Shown: positions 1 through 14,200 of the stretch, one piece after another
How positions within the stretch are numbered: the first letter of the stretch is position 1
How the letters are laid out: every line of letters starts with the position of its first letter
Origin: Amoebidium appalachense
Taxonomy: Eukaryota; Protista; Ichthyosporea
DNA: 64,000 nucleotides
Direction: 5' to 3'
Assembly: GCA_963693365.1 (NCBI GenBank)
Contig: CAVNZM010000002.1
Location: forward strand, 9,831,059 to 9,895,058
Translations under genes and position numbers: made by a program
Notes under the pieces: generated by a model
The model's input: the letters and a program-made list of their open reading frames with translations, nothing else
What the model was told of the DNA's origin: nothing
The model's database searches: none

Positions 1-1741
1 CACACCATGGACAGGAATGCCGGCCGCCCCAGGATGGCCGCTGGGCTCAGCCCCTCCAGGCTCTCGCCGGCCCCCAGCTCTGCCCGGCACAGCGCCAGCA
101 CCCGCAGGCCCTTGCTGCTGAGCTCCTCCTGCGCCTGCAGCCAGAACCCCTCGTCAAACGCCCCCACCCTGCTGACGTCATCGTTCTCCACCTGCCCGCT
201 GCACAGCCGCATCAGCCGGTCCGGTGCCCCCTTCACGTACATGACCGTCTTGGCCCCGTCCTTGTGCACCGTGGCCATGAACTTGTGCTCGGACTCGAAC
301 GGCACAGACGCCAGCCGGGGTTTCTTCTCGCGCAGGGCCTTGCTCTCCAGCCCGGCCTTCATTGCAGCCGTGATCAGTGCCACCTCCGTCGGCGCGCCGT
401 TGGGCACCCAGTCCTCCTGGCCCGCATTGTTGACGGCCCGGCCGAGTGCAGAGTCGTTGCACAGCAGCCCCCCTCGAGCAGAGTGCGCAATTTGGCTATG
501 GCCGCATCGTCCAGCTGGCGGTTGGAGGAGTCCGTGAACGTGCCCTCAGGGGCATAGCCCACCCCCGTGACGCCATACAGGTGGGCGGCCGTGCGGATGT
601 TGACGGCGGTCATCTCGTTCTTGGTCAGGGTGCCGGTCTTGTCCGAGCAGATGACGTTGAGGCTGCCCAGGGTCTCGACACAAGGCAGCTGGCGGATGAT
701 TGCGTTCTGCTTGGCCATGACCGTGGTGCCGATGGCCAGCGTGATGGTGACGACGGCAGGCAGGCCCTCGGGGATGATGGCCACGGCAATGGCCACGGCA
801 GACTTGAATGCGTCGGCCCAGGACTCGCCGGCACGCAGCTTGGCCAGAAGGAAGGCGGCTAGCGCAATGATGGCCACCAGCACACACAGCCAACGGCCCA
901 GAATCTCGAGCTGGATGAGCAGGTTGGTCTTGACGTTCTCCACCTGGTTGACCATCTTGTTGATCTTGCCAATCTCAGCGTTGTCGCCGGTGGCCACGAC
1001 CACCCCCACCCCCTTGCCGCTCATGACCGTGGTGGCGCTGTAGACCATGCACTTGCGGTCCCCCAGGGCCGCCTCTGCAGCCACGGGGACGAGGTTCTTG
1101 GACACGGGCATGGACTCTCCCGTCAGCATGGCCTCCTGCACCTGCAGATTGACCACCTCCACCAGCCGCAGGTCGGCCGGCACCTTGTCGCCGCTCTTGA
1201 TCAGCACAATGTCGCCCGGCACCAGGTCCTCGGCAGGCACGCTGACCTGCTCCCCGTTGCGCCGCACATCGGCCGAGGGGGAGAGCATGGCCTTGATGGC
1301 CTCGGCAGCCTTCTCGGCCTTGCCCTCCTGCACCAGCCCGATGGCCACGTTGATGACAATCACGCCGATAATGAGCCCGGTCTCGGCATACTCGCCAAGT
1401 GCGGCGGTGACAACGGCCGCCACCACCAGCACGAAGATGAGGATGTTGTTGAGCTGCGCCCATAGCCGCTGCAGGAAAGTGGCCTTCTTTGCCGGTGTGA
1501 GGCGGTTGGGGCCGTAGGATTGAAGGCGATCTTCGGCCTCCGAGGATGATAGACCATTTTCGAAGTTTGTGTGTAGTGTTCTTTCTACCTCAGCTCTGCT
1601 GTCGACGGAGTGCCACGCAACATCGTTTTCGCCAAAGTTGATGGTGCAGAGGGAACTCGTGGAGTCTCCGGACGGCCGCTCAGAAACGAAGCTTGCCTGA
1701 GCGGCGCTGTCGATCTGCTTCTTGCTGTCGGTAATTTGCAT
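1..1741 (-). CDS. P2-type cation-transporting P-type ATPase, copy 1 (intronless, runs off window start)
   Basis: ORF 374-1741 has YGPN, TGES, PEGLP and the ICSDKTGTLT phosphorylation motif. After a shift at the C6 run 468-473 the other frame continues with GAPTE, FESEHKFM, YVKGAP, GLRVLAL. Confidence 0.93.
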
Positions 1742-1854
1742 GACTTGGGATAGGTAGGAATAAGAGAGAATTGCTTTTAGACGCGTTTTTCTTAGTGCTC
1801 GGTTTGCTATTTTGTTGCGTGTCCGTGCTTGTTTACTTTTTCTGGCGTAATCAG

Positions 1855-1916
1855 TGGCTCAACGCCTTATTTTATACTTTTTGGTTTGGGATTTCCTGGG
1901 TATCGCCCCAATCCGC
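1855..1916 (-). promoter_or_regulatory. Putative core promoter of ATPase copy 1 (GCGGATTGGGGCG, TATAAAA, TTGAGCCA)
   Basis: The same three motifs occur in the same order upstream of copy 2 (23248-23310), while the surrounding sequence is diverged. Confidence 0.6.
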
Positions 1917-2967
1917 TCTCTCAGCATTCTCGAACCCTCCAATAGCCTGAAGGTTGAAATCCCCCTAACTCCTCGGCACTGCATGGCGCCGCCAATATTT
2001 TGCGAGTCAGAAAATAGTATCTCCGCTGATTCTTGTTAGGCTGCACTATATATGATTTGAATAGAAGAGAAGAAAAATAGCATAAAAGACACATAAAAAT
2101 GTTTATAGTTTAATGGGTTTTTGTTAACTTGATTTGGTTACCCCAAAAGTCTTGCTGTTACAGATGATTACTTCTGCCGAAGTTGGAGGTGTAACCCAAG
2201 AATTAGTTTTGGAGGAATTCATCAAGAAGTCCGTGTCAAAGCCAAAAGCCAATGAAATCGATTGACGAATCGTTTTATTCCCTCCTGAGTCTCCTCTCTC
2301 CCCTTTTTGCCATCCTTAGTGTACGTGAGATAGTATTCGTTGACTTCACCATTAGTGTCTACACATACAACAGTAACTGTACCCACAGCTTTTCATGAGT
2401 AAATGATATTAATAACTTTATTATACAAGCTGCTTTTGTGATATGTACTTTTGGTCAGCCGTATTAGAAAAAACAGATCCATGTAAATAGTCAACCTAAA
2501 TAAACTTACGGTTATTTATTTTGGCTGATTATTAGCCAATCATGCACTATAGCAATATCAAGTACTCAGTGACTAGTAGCAATGACTACTGCCACCAGGA
2601 AGCTCGTATGTTTTATAGGCCGCACGTCATGATCTGTATTAACGCTGGAATTAATTTTTTTTATCTCAAAAACTATACGAAGTAAACCACTTAAAATCAA
2701 TGCACATCCGCAAGAACCATGGTCGCGATCGGCGAGTGTGCACCACACGTTCGCCAGTGCTCTGGGGATTCACCCACACGGAACCCCCCCTTGGCCGCTC
2801 AGTGAACCAGGCCTGGAAATTTTTTTTTTTATAATGACTTTATTGATATGCTCAGCAAAATAGAAGCCATCGAGATATCACCGATATCTCGGAGAAGAAA
2901 ATACAAAAGCCCTCACTCTCGAATACGGAGGAGATAACGACTTAAATAATCATATACCCTAGAAAAC

Positions 2968-4266
2968 TTTTCTTTTGACTGGATTTATTCGACGGAAAGA
3001 AATGCAAGTATGCACGGCATACTGAGAAGACAATAAAAAACTTCACGAGTTATTCAGTAACAAGTGCATACTGAGATACCTGAACACTGTGTGAAAATCA
3101 TATAAATACTCAATGTGACGACCAACAGCATTCAACAAAAAGTCTAAAGTGGTCACATTGCCAGCCAGTGTAGCAGACACCCGTAGGGAAAGAGGTAAAA
3201 CGCGACATAAAAACTCACACCTATCAACATGTAAACCCCCCAAAAAATGTAAACCCTATCAACATGCTTTGCGATTAAAAGGTTCAGCACAAAAGTGGCA
3301 CCAGCGGCGATGAAAACAAAAATTACAACGCCACTGCACAACTTCCCAGGCAATATCAACATCAGAGCACCATACAGACTTATCTATTAGGGTGGTATCC
3401 ACACGTACAGCAGGAGAAATATATCCTGCCAAAGCTCCCAAAAAGCGATAATGATCAGTACGGTGTTGCCTAAGGAACATAACACATGCCGACTGAGTTT
3501 TACCTTTGATTTCTCTATCAGAACGAGAAACAAACTTATACTGCGTATGGTAGTAACGCGAAAAGGCAGAAAAAACAGGAAGAGAAAAGAAAGAGGGAGT
3601 GAGATAGCGAGAGGAAGAATCAGGTTGGAAGAGGGTAGGCTGAGGACATTCAGAAGTAGCGTTGGTGAATCGGGGGGGAAGAGGGATGGAGGGAGGGGGG
3701 GGGAAAGAAAGCATAAAGAGGGTGACCATCAGGTATCCTAACTAAATGAAAACAAAAACGAAGAGACAATTCCTCCATACGACAAACAGCAGACGACAAT
3801 CCCAACATACTGATTAAGGGAGGCACAAACCGAGTACGAAACAAAGTGCGCAGCGCATTACCCTGAAAATCGTCGAACTCTTTCAGCGCCACGGCCGCCT
3901 CGCGAGGTGGGGCGCAGGCCAATAGCGGAAGTCCATATTCAAAAGTCGGCCGTAAAAAAGTATTAAAGTAAAGAAGAATGTTCGCAGGATGGATCACAGA
4001 CTCCCGTTGAAACATATTTGACACGATGTGAAGCTTACCCTTCGCACGAGCGATCCGTGCCGTGAGGAGCTTGCGGAAATCAATACCCCGTGCAGTAAAA
4101 GGAATACCCAAATAGTCATAGGTGCTCTGAACAGGAATAGGAAGACCGGCCAATTGAAAGGAAGAGTTTTTCGAAAAAGTAGCACACTTTTCAATTCCGA
4201 CTGTCATGAGATTCTCGGTGCACCATTGATCCACCTGACGAAGCATCTGGTGCATGACATCTTCGG
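2968..4266 (-). mobile_element. 5'-truncated non-LTR retrotransposon fragment, family A copy 1 (RT C-terminus/thumb and Cys/His motif)
   Basis: QMLRQVDQWCTENLMTVGIEKC, YDYLGIPF, RPTFEYG, WCHFCAEPFNRKHVDRC; ends in AATAAA plus an A-rich tail on the minus strand; no YADD motif. Confidence 0.8.
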
Positions 4267-5040
4267 TTAAGGAACAAAGAACAATATCGTCCGCAAAAAG
4301 GAGACCCGGTACACGGCGGGTATGCAGTTGGCCAAAGGGTTCGAGGGAAACTCGTTAAACATACCGTGGTTCAACAGATAGTCAATAGACGTAATATCAG
4401 GATTATCTAAATAAGCCAGTCTTCTAATTTCTAACGGAATAATCTGAGATAAATAAATCCATCTATCTAAGTGTTTACATCTATCTAAGTGTTTACTGCA
4501 CAAAAGTGGCACATTGTCAAACATTTATGGAAACAAAGGTTACAGCGCCAAAATAAACATTTCCAAGCTATATCACAAGGAGGGGTTAGAATTGCAAAAT
4601 CGGTAAGTGTTGTAGGTTTACGAGAGGAAGGATAAATATAAGTAGCTAATTTACACAACGATTGTAAAGAAAATAGACGAGTCTCTAATATAAAAAGAAG
4701 CACAGGCTCAAGAGCCCTACCATGATACTCTATATCACATTGATGAAGCAAAGGATATTTAGTATGAAACCAAGTAACATACTGCTGATAACTAGTAGAA
4801 GAGAAAAATAAAGGAGATAAGTATTTAAAAGGATATCTCGGAATGGGAGAGAGATTGGGGATAGGACATTTCGCACGAACATTAGAAATGCCAGGAACAG
4901 GTGCTAAAGAAGGAAAGAATTGTAACAAAGGATGATAAGAAGGAAGCCTAACCAATTGAAAACAAAAGCGAAGTCCTAATTCATTCATACGCTGGCGAGC
5001 TGGAGGGAGACCAAAAGCACTCAGCAAGGGAGCTGGAAAT
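4267..5040 (-). mobile_element. Diverged non-LTR retrotransposon C-terminal fragment related to family A
   Basis: RMNELGLRFCFQLVRLPSYHPL, DIAWKCLFWRCNLCF, KHLDRC and SIDYLLN align by eye with the neighbouring fragment. Confidence 0.7.
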
Positions 5041-5117
5041 TTTGTTTTCTTTTGACTGGATTTATTTGACGGAAAGATATGCAAGTATGCACGGCATACT
5101 GAGAAGACAATAAAAAC

Positions 5118-5900
5118 TTTTTTCTTTTGACTCGGGTTTATCGATGCGTTGATGAAGGCAACGTGCAGCCACAGGCTACATAACCACCAATAGAACTGAA
5201 AAAGCCAAAGCTACGAAATAAAAATAAAGCGACAAGTGACAAAGGACACCAGCGGGCAAAACCTTAAGTGTACGTGTATGCGTGAAACTAGTTTGCTCCA
5301 ACTAGTCATATGCATTGATGTTGACCAGACCACACTCCGCAAGAAGACATCATTACTGCTCCTTCCCAACAGGCCCCCCTCAAAACCTACCGAGGCACAG
5401 CAAGCAAGTCATCCTCTAAAAGAGCAATGCAGACCAAATCTGAGCTAAAAAACAATCGCAACCGGCCCGGCCCCTAGATAACCCGGAGTGCATCTAGCTC
5501 TCTGATAAGGTGGTCTAGTTGTGGCAGGACACACAGAAAAACACAATTACAGAATGCATGCAAGCAAACCCGGTCATTGCCATACGACTGGAGGCTAAGG
5601 ACTGGCAGTCACTTGGAAAGCTCCCCGACGACCAAGTAGCCGCCCCTCCACTCACGCAGCGCAGAGGTAGCTGAAGAAGTTGCAGCAGCCCACCGCCAAC
5701 TTGAATAGGTCGCGTAGAAGCGTAGACAGCGTGTAGAAGTTAGCATAGGTTGCAGTGGACCACCAGGCGTTGAAGAAATCACTTCTCAAGCGAGAAACTC
5801 CGCGAAAGGGAGATGCCCCCACACTCTCACAGCAGTAGGAATACACCAGGCCACACCACACACATGCTGCAGTCACGTTCCCCTGAGTGGGACTCCCTCC
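5118..5900 (-). mobile_element. Probable 3' fragment of a second LINE family (B)
   Basis: Degenerate CxxC...ESVG(H)...RLRSDFF C-terminus, then a UTR ending in the shared tail motif; its terminal block is repeated in inverted orientation at about 6895-6988. Confidence 0.45.
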
Positions 5901-6006
5901 CACCACAAAAAGAAGAAACGAAAGCCTTTATATACCTGCCATGGTGAAGAATCGGGGAAAAAAAGTTGACGTGACAGCTAAGAGATCGAAGTGAAAGTGA
6001 AGTCCC

Positions 6007-6893
6007 AATAAAAACTTCACGAGTTATCCAGTAACAAGTGCATACTGAGATACCTGAACACTGTGTGAAAATCATATAAATACTCAATGTGACGACCAAC
6101 AGAATTCAACAGAAAGTCTAAAGTGTTCACATTGCCAGCCAGTGTAGCAGACACCCGTAGGGAAAGAGGTAAAACGCAACATAAAAACTCACACCTATCA
6201 ACATGCTTTCGATTAAAAAGTTCAGCACAAAAGTGGCACCAGCGGCGATGGAAACAAGAATTACAACGCCCCTGAACAACTTCCTAGGCAATATCAACAT
6301 CAGAGCACCATACAGACTTATTTACTAGGGTGGTATCCATACGTACAGCAGCAGAAATGTATCCTGCCAAAGCTCCCAAAAAGCGATAATGATCAGTACG
6401 GTGTTGCCTAAGGAACATAACACATGCCGACTGAGTTTTACCTTTGATTTCTCTATCAGAACGAGAAAGAAATTTATACTGCGTATGGTAATAACTCGAA
6501 AAGGCAGAAAAAACAGGAGGAGAAAAGAAAGAGGGAGTGAGATAGCGAGAGGAAGGATCAGGTTGAAAGACGGTAGGCTGAGGACATTCAGAAGTGGCGT
6601 TGGTGAATCGGGGGGAAGAGGGAGGGAGGGAGGGGGAGGGGAAGAAAGCATAAAGAGGGTGGCCATCAGGTATCCTAACTAAATGAAAACAAAAACGAAG
6701 AGACAATTCCTCCATACGACAAACAGCAGACGACAATCCAAACATACTAATTAAGGGAGGCACAAACCGAGTACGAAACAAAGGTGCGCAGCGCAGTACC
6801 CTGAAAACCGTCGAACTCTTTCAGCGCCACGGCCGCCTCGCGAGGTGGGGCGCAGGCCAATGGCGGAAGTCCATATTCGAAAGTCGGCCGTAA
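6007..6893 (-). mobile_element. 5'-truncated non-LTR fragment, family A copy 2
   Basis: Near-identical to about 3031-3956, with indels and a stop codon. Confidence 0.8.
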
Positions 6894-7133
6894 ATTACAG
6901 TTATTTTGGTGGTCATGTAGCCTGTGGCTGCACGTTGCCTTCATATCCACTGGACCACTGATCAATAAATCCCAGTCAAGAGAAAAAATTACAGTGTTTC
7001 TAACACTTAATATACGGTTAATTCTCAAAAAATACAGTTAAGATTTGGGGGTACACTATAAAAAAGCAAGGAAATCTCTTGAGGCCAATTAGCGAAGCGA
7101 TCCGCCAGGTGTCAAAATACAGTAATTCTAAAA

Positions 7134-7185
<52 letters not shown>

Positions 7186-7779
7186 CCAGCCCTGCAGTGA
7201 ACTTGGGGGCTTTCAGTTTTGGATATCATGTGACGGTTTTAGTTTTCCTCACGCATGCAGTAGGTTGAAGAATTAATCAACTTCATAACTTTTATGTAAA
7301 GGCTGGGTACATATGTTGAATATATTACATTTCTCAGTTGAAGCGCTGCTGTACGATATACCGCCAAAATGTAAACAAACCGTGTTCACTTCAAGTTGCA
7401 AAGTGTGTGCACGTGCACTCGTCCCTCGGACAGCGCGTGACATGTAGCCATGTGTTGTGTACAGCAAAAACTTTGATATGCGCCATAGTCTGATAGTGCC
7501 TTACAGTATGGTATACCAATTGTATGTTTCGAAGAAGGCCGCATAACATCAGTGGTTACCATCTATCCACCGTGAGATACAGAATTTTCACCAGATTCCG
7601 TCTCGACTCCTGGACCAGTCACTAGGTTTGTTTTGGAGTACCTAGGACTCTAACAAAAACTATGACGGTCAACGGTGTTGCTCACGCAGACGCGGGTGCA
7701 CATGGGTGTGGGGTGGATCCGGACCACGTGGGCAAGAAAAAGATCTTATTGGCTAGCTAGGGATGTGTGTACGTGTACA

Positions 7780-9630
<1,851 letters not shown>

Positions 9631-9861
9631 ATTAGTATCCAAAAAAGGCAGGAGCATTTTGTGCCTGTTGCGGAATTGTCCTGCGCTGAACAGATAAATT
9701 GACCCTGCCGATGGGAGCTGGGAAGAAAGAGGAGGAGGAGGTGGTGGTGGTTGTGTTATTTTTCATTTATTTTTTGGGGGGGGTGGGGGGAAAGGGGGTG
9801 GGGGGGGGAGGGGAGGGAGGGGGGAGGGGAAGGGCGGGGGGGCCGGAGAGTCAGGGGGAGG

Positions 9862-10793
9862 TGTTAAATTGTATAAGTATTTGGGATGTAAGCAGAGACA
9901 CAGTGGTGCAGTGTGAAAACACCACAGACACACAACAACAAAACACGGAAGGATCGGAGAAGTGTACACAACAGACATCAATGTTTAGACACGACTGAAC
10001 TCAATTTATTTTGATCGCTAATAAATACCTGAAATTCCCTTAAGTTAAATCCATACATGATTTCCGACCAGTCGGAAATCAGATCTATGTCTAAAATAAC
10101 CAATCACAATTAACTGATTATTTCCCGGATAGATCCGGAGACACAGGAACGCACACCATAGGTCACAGCTATAAGAAAGAAAAGAGGTGAAGAGTAACGA
10201 GGAAAGAGGTGATGTTTCTAACCTATCAACGGCTACAAAGACTCAGACATTTTCTGACTAAGTCCACTGATTGGATATAGTACGGCAACACACAAAACAA
10301 AAGTGGTTGACTAAGCTATGAATCATACCTGACAAGCTAAAGTGTAACCTAAGTGTTTTTCTACCAATCAAAACATAACGAGTAATATAAATCTACTCAA
10401 CGTATATTAGTGAGAGAGAAATATAATTATGTGAAAGGAAACAAGAGAAGAAAGAAAGAGAAAAGAAAGAAGAAGAAAGAGGAAAAAGAAAAGAAAGCAG
10501 GACAGAAAACACGAACAGCAAAACACAGTTATAACCGAAGATATTCATGTACACATAACATGTACACGTTTCTCCCTCACTGGGTAGACTCGTGTACCTA
10601 TAATCAGTTGCTGTAATCGATATCTAAACACACGAATATAGCCGACACAACACGATTACAAGTACTCAAATACACTGGAGATCGATGTCATAATTTACGT
10701 ACAAGGAGCACATCTTTTTCATTAAGTAAATGAATGAAAACATAACACGAACTGAGAAGATCTTACAATATGTAAATACTACGTATTATAACA
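9862..10793 (-). repeat. 3' LTR of copia family 1
   Basis: Direct repeat of 15710-16641 with no differences noticed; adjacent to the purine tract. Confidence 0.95.
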
Positions 10794-11238
10794 TCCCCAC
10801 TTAAGACTTTGAAGTTTGTGTTATCATATCCCCACTGAACTAGTGAAATCTCCCCACTTGAGAACAGAAACGGAAAAAAAAAAAAAAAAAAATTAAAGTT
10901 TGGACTTTTCCTGGGGGGGGGGGGGGGAGAAGGGGGGGGGGGAAGGGGGGGGGGGAGGGGGGGGGGGGGGGAAGGGGGGGGGGGGGGAAGGGGGGGGGGG
11001 GGGAGGGGGGGGGGGAAGGAACCGGGGCAAAAAAAAACAACAAATATATATAACGTGTATAGTCGGGGTTTGTTTAACTGGGTTTTAAACCAGTGAAAGA
11101 TAGAGTAGAGTGATGGTACAGGTCAAACCTTATATATAAACCCTAAGTGGGCATACCCACAAAGGCAATACATATGAAATAATGATTATGATAAAGTAAG
11201 TAGTAAACATTAGAAAATCACTCTTGAAGTAGGTCGGG

Positions 11239-14200
11239 TCAATCCACAATATCCGGTAAACAAAGTCGAGCACGATGGTGGACATGACTCGGGCCGGGGA
11301 GGGGTTTGGTGAGGATGTCAGCTAAGTTGTGGGCTGACTCAACGTAGTGGACAACCACGTCCCCACTGGCAATGTAGTCCTTGGTGTTGTGATACCGGAC
11401 GGCAATGTGTTTGGTACGGTGCTTGATGCCGGTGGAGTTGACGATGGCAATGGTCGACTGGTTGTCACAGTACACCGGAGTCGGAGCAAGCATGGGACAG
11501 CCGAGTTCCTTGAAGAGGTCACGGACCCAAGCAACTTCTTGGGTGCCAGCATTGAGAGCAATCAGCTCAGAATCAGTGGTGCTGGTGGCCGTGATGGGCT
11601 GGAGCTTGGAGTACCAGATGATGGGCATACCAGCAAACACGATAATGTAGCCGGTGGTAGACTTCTTGCTGTCGGCACAACCAGCAAAGTCAGCATCCGT
11701 GTAGCATTCGAGTATGGGGGACTGGGTGGCCGAGTACTTGTAGTCAATGCCAAGGTCAATGGTGCCGAGCAGGTACCGGGCCACACGACGGAGAAGGTCC
11801 CAGTGAGTCTTGCCGGGGTTGGTGCTGAACCGACCAAGGAAGCCGATGGCATAGGCAATGTCGGGACGTGTGCACCGTGCCACCCAGAGGAGACGGCCGA
11901 GTAACTCACGGTAGGGTACGGTGAACGGTTGGGGGGGGCAATCAGCCAGGGAGACGGTGGTGCCTGCAGGGATGGGGGTAGACTTGGACTTGGCATCGGT
12001 GAGGTTGAAGTCGTGGATGATATCCATGATGTAAGACCTCTGGTGCATGTGGAGGTGATGGGGATCAGAGTGATTAAAATCAACACCGAGCATACGGTCA
12101 AATGGACTCATACGACAGCTGGCCATCTTGCTGATGTGGGCAGCCAGGTCACTGGCAGCAGTAGAACCCCGGGTGTTGGTGATGGTGGAGTCGTCGACGT
12201 AGTTACCAGCCCGAACCACATCGTTGTTGGGGAAGAACCGGAGGTAGATGCACGGGTCGGTCTTAGTACGGGTCAGGCCATGGGCAAGAAGAATGCCGTC
12301 GAGGAAGTCGTACCAAGCCTTGGAGGCTTGCTTGAGGCCGTACAGGGCTTTCTTGAGTCTCCAGACCTTGCCAAGTGTGGCCATGGTGATGAATCCCGGG
12401 GGTTGTTTCATGTAGATGGTCTCGGTGAGTGGGCTGTTGAGAAAGGCCGTAGACACGTCGAGTTGATGGATGTCATGGCCTTCAACAACGGCCAGAGCTA
12501 GGATGGCACGGAGAGCAGCCGGACGGATGACAGGGCTCTCAATCAACTCATAGTCAACACCGTATTGCTGACTGAAACCTTGAGCAACACCACGTGCCTT
12601 GATCTTGGTGTCACCAGCCGAGTTGAGAGTTTTCTCGGAGACAATCCACTTGAAGCCGACGATGTTAGCACCAGGGGGAGGGTCAACAAGTTCAAAGATG
12701 TCTTTGTCGACGAAGGCTTGATATTCAGCAGTCAGGGCTGACTTGACCTGGTCACCATTGGGTCCGGAACACAGTTGACGGACAAGTTTGGGTAGTTGGT
12801 CGATGTTGATGGGGGGGCCGGGGGGGGACTGGGAGGGTGGTGGTGGCTTGAAGTCCAACCTTGCCCTGTAGACGGGCAGAACGACGGGGTGCAGGAACCG
12901 GGGTAGGTGGAGACGGTGGGGGGGGAACTTGGAAGTTCGGAAGTGCAGGGGGGGCAACCTCCGGGCTGGACGGGGCCGAGTGGAAGTTGTCGGGGGAGCC
13001 GGGTCGGATGGGTGTGACGTTGCCAGGGGCAGGATGAGGGTCGGCAGGCTGGACGGGCACGGGGGCAGGGGGGCCGGTGGGGGGGGGGTGTCGGGGGAAC
13101 TACAATGGCAGGAGGGGGGCCAGAGTACACCAGACAAACATCATCTTCAGTGTCAACTGTGGGGGGTGGGGTGGTCGAGGTAGCAGTGGTGTCGGGGGTC
13201 GGAAATGTTGATGGAATGTCGGACGGGAGATAAGCTGATTCGTCGAAAATCACATCACGGAAGAGGCCGACACGATGGGTGGTGGGATTGAAGATCCGGT
13301 GGCAGTGTGATTGAAGATCATAGCCGATATACATGCCGAGGTTGACGGTGGGGGCCAGCTTGTTCCGTTTAGAAGCTGGCACGTGAGTATAGGCAGGGCA
13401 ACCGAACACTTTGAGCTCGGAGATGTCGGGCTTGACACCGTAGAAAACCTCGAATGGTGTATGACCATTGGCAGTCGTGGACGGGGTGACGTTGATGATG
13501 TAGGCGGCATGTTGGAGGGCCTCAGCCCACAGTTTGGGGGACAGAGACTGATCTTGGACTTGATGGAGGAGGCAACGGACAATCTCTTGGAGGAACCGCA
13601 TACGACGTTCAACATAGCCGTTCAGTTGAGGGCAGTCCACCGGAGCATAGCTGGCCTTGATGCCCTGGGAGAGGCAAAAAGCACGGGTAGCCTTGGAGGT
13701 GAACTCAGAGCCGGAGTCGAAGTGGTAAATACCAACTTTGGAGGGGGCATGGGTGGCAACGAGGTTGGTGTGAGCTGTGAGAATGTCCAGGGTGGTGGTA
13801 CGGTCGGCCATCGGGTAGATCTTGACGAGGCCAGAGGCACGGCAGACAGTAACGAGAGCAACCTTGGAACCTCCGTACGATGTTGTGGTAGGCTCAAAAA
13901 AATCCCAATGCCATTCATGACCGGGGATGTTGGAGTGAGGACGGTCACCCTTGAACGGAGCCTTGGTGGTTTTACCCATAATGCAGCCATGACAATCAGG
14001 AACATCACAGTCGAGGACAGAGGAGGGGAGACCAATAACAAGGTCGTGTTTCACCATGTCCTTGATGCTGGTCATAGCACGGTGCCCCAGACGATGGTGC
14101 CAGATGGATGGGTTAACACTGGTAGTGGCAGCCAGAGCCACAGGACGAGTGGGTGGTTGAATGGTGTAGTCCTTGAAGTAATACAGACCGTTGTGTAGAC

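Larger units (their letters stand above)
2808..7194. mobile_element. Non-autonomous hAT-like TIR element carrying LINE fragments
   Basis: Ends CAGGCCTGGAAA(T)n and (A)nTTCCAGCCCTG; perfect 8-bp TSD CAGTGAAC at 2800-2807 and 7195-7202; no transposase seen. Confidence 0.8.

Noticed and set aside
468-473. Frameshift in ATPase copy 1 and at 24728-24735 in copy 2, as programmed frameshifting or true inactivation
   Set aside because: The same run is 6 nt in one copy and 8 nt in the other where 7 keeps the frame, which is typical homopolymer error.
2808-7194. A single retroelement with poly-A at both ends, or an autonomous RT element
   Set aside because: No YADD or endonuclease domain; the content is several truncated fragments and the ends fit a TIR element with an 8-bp TSD.
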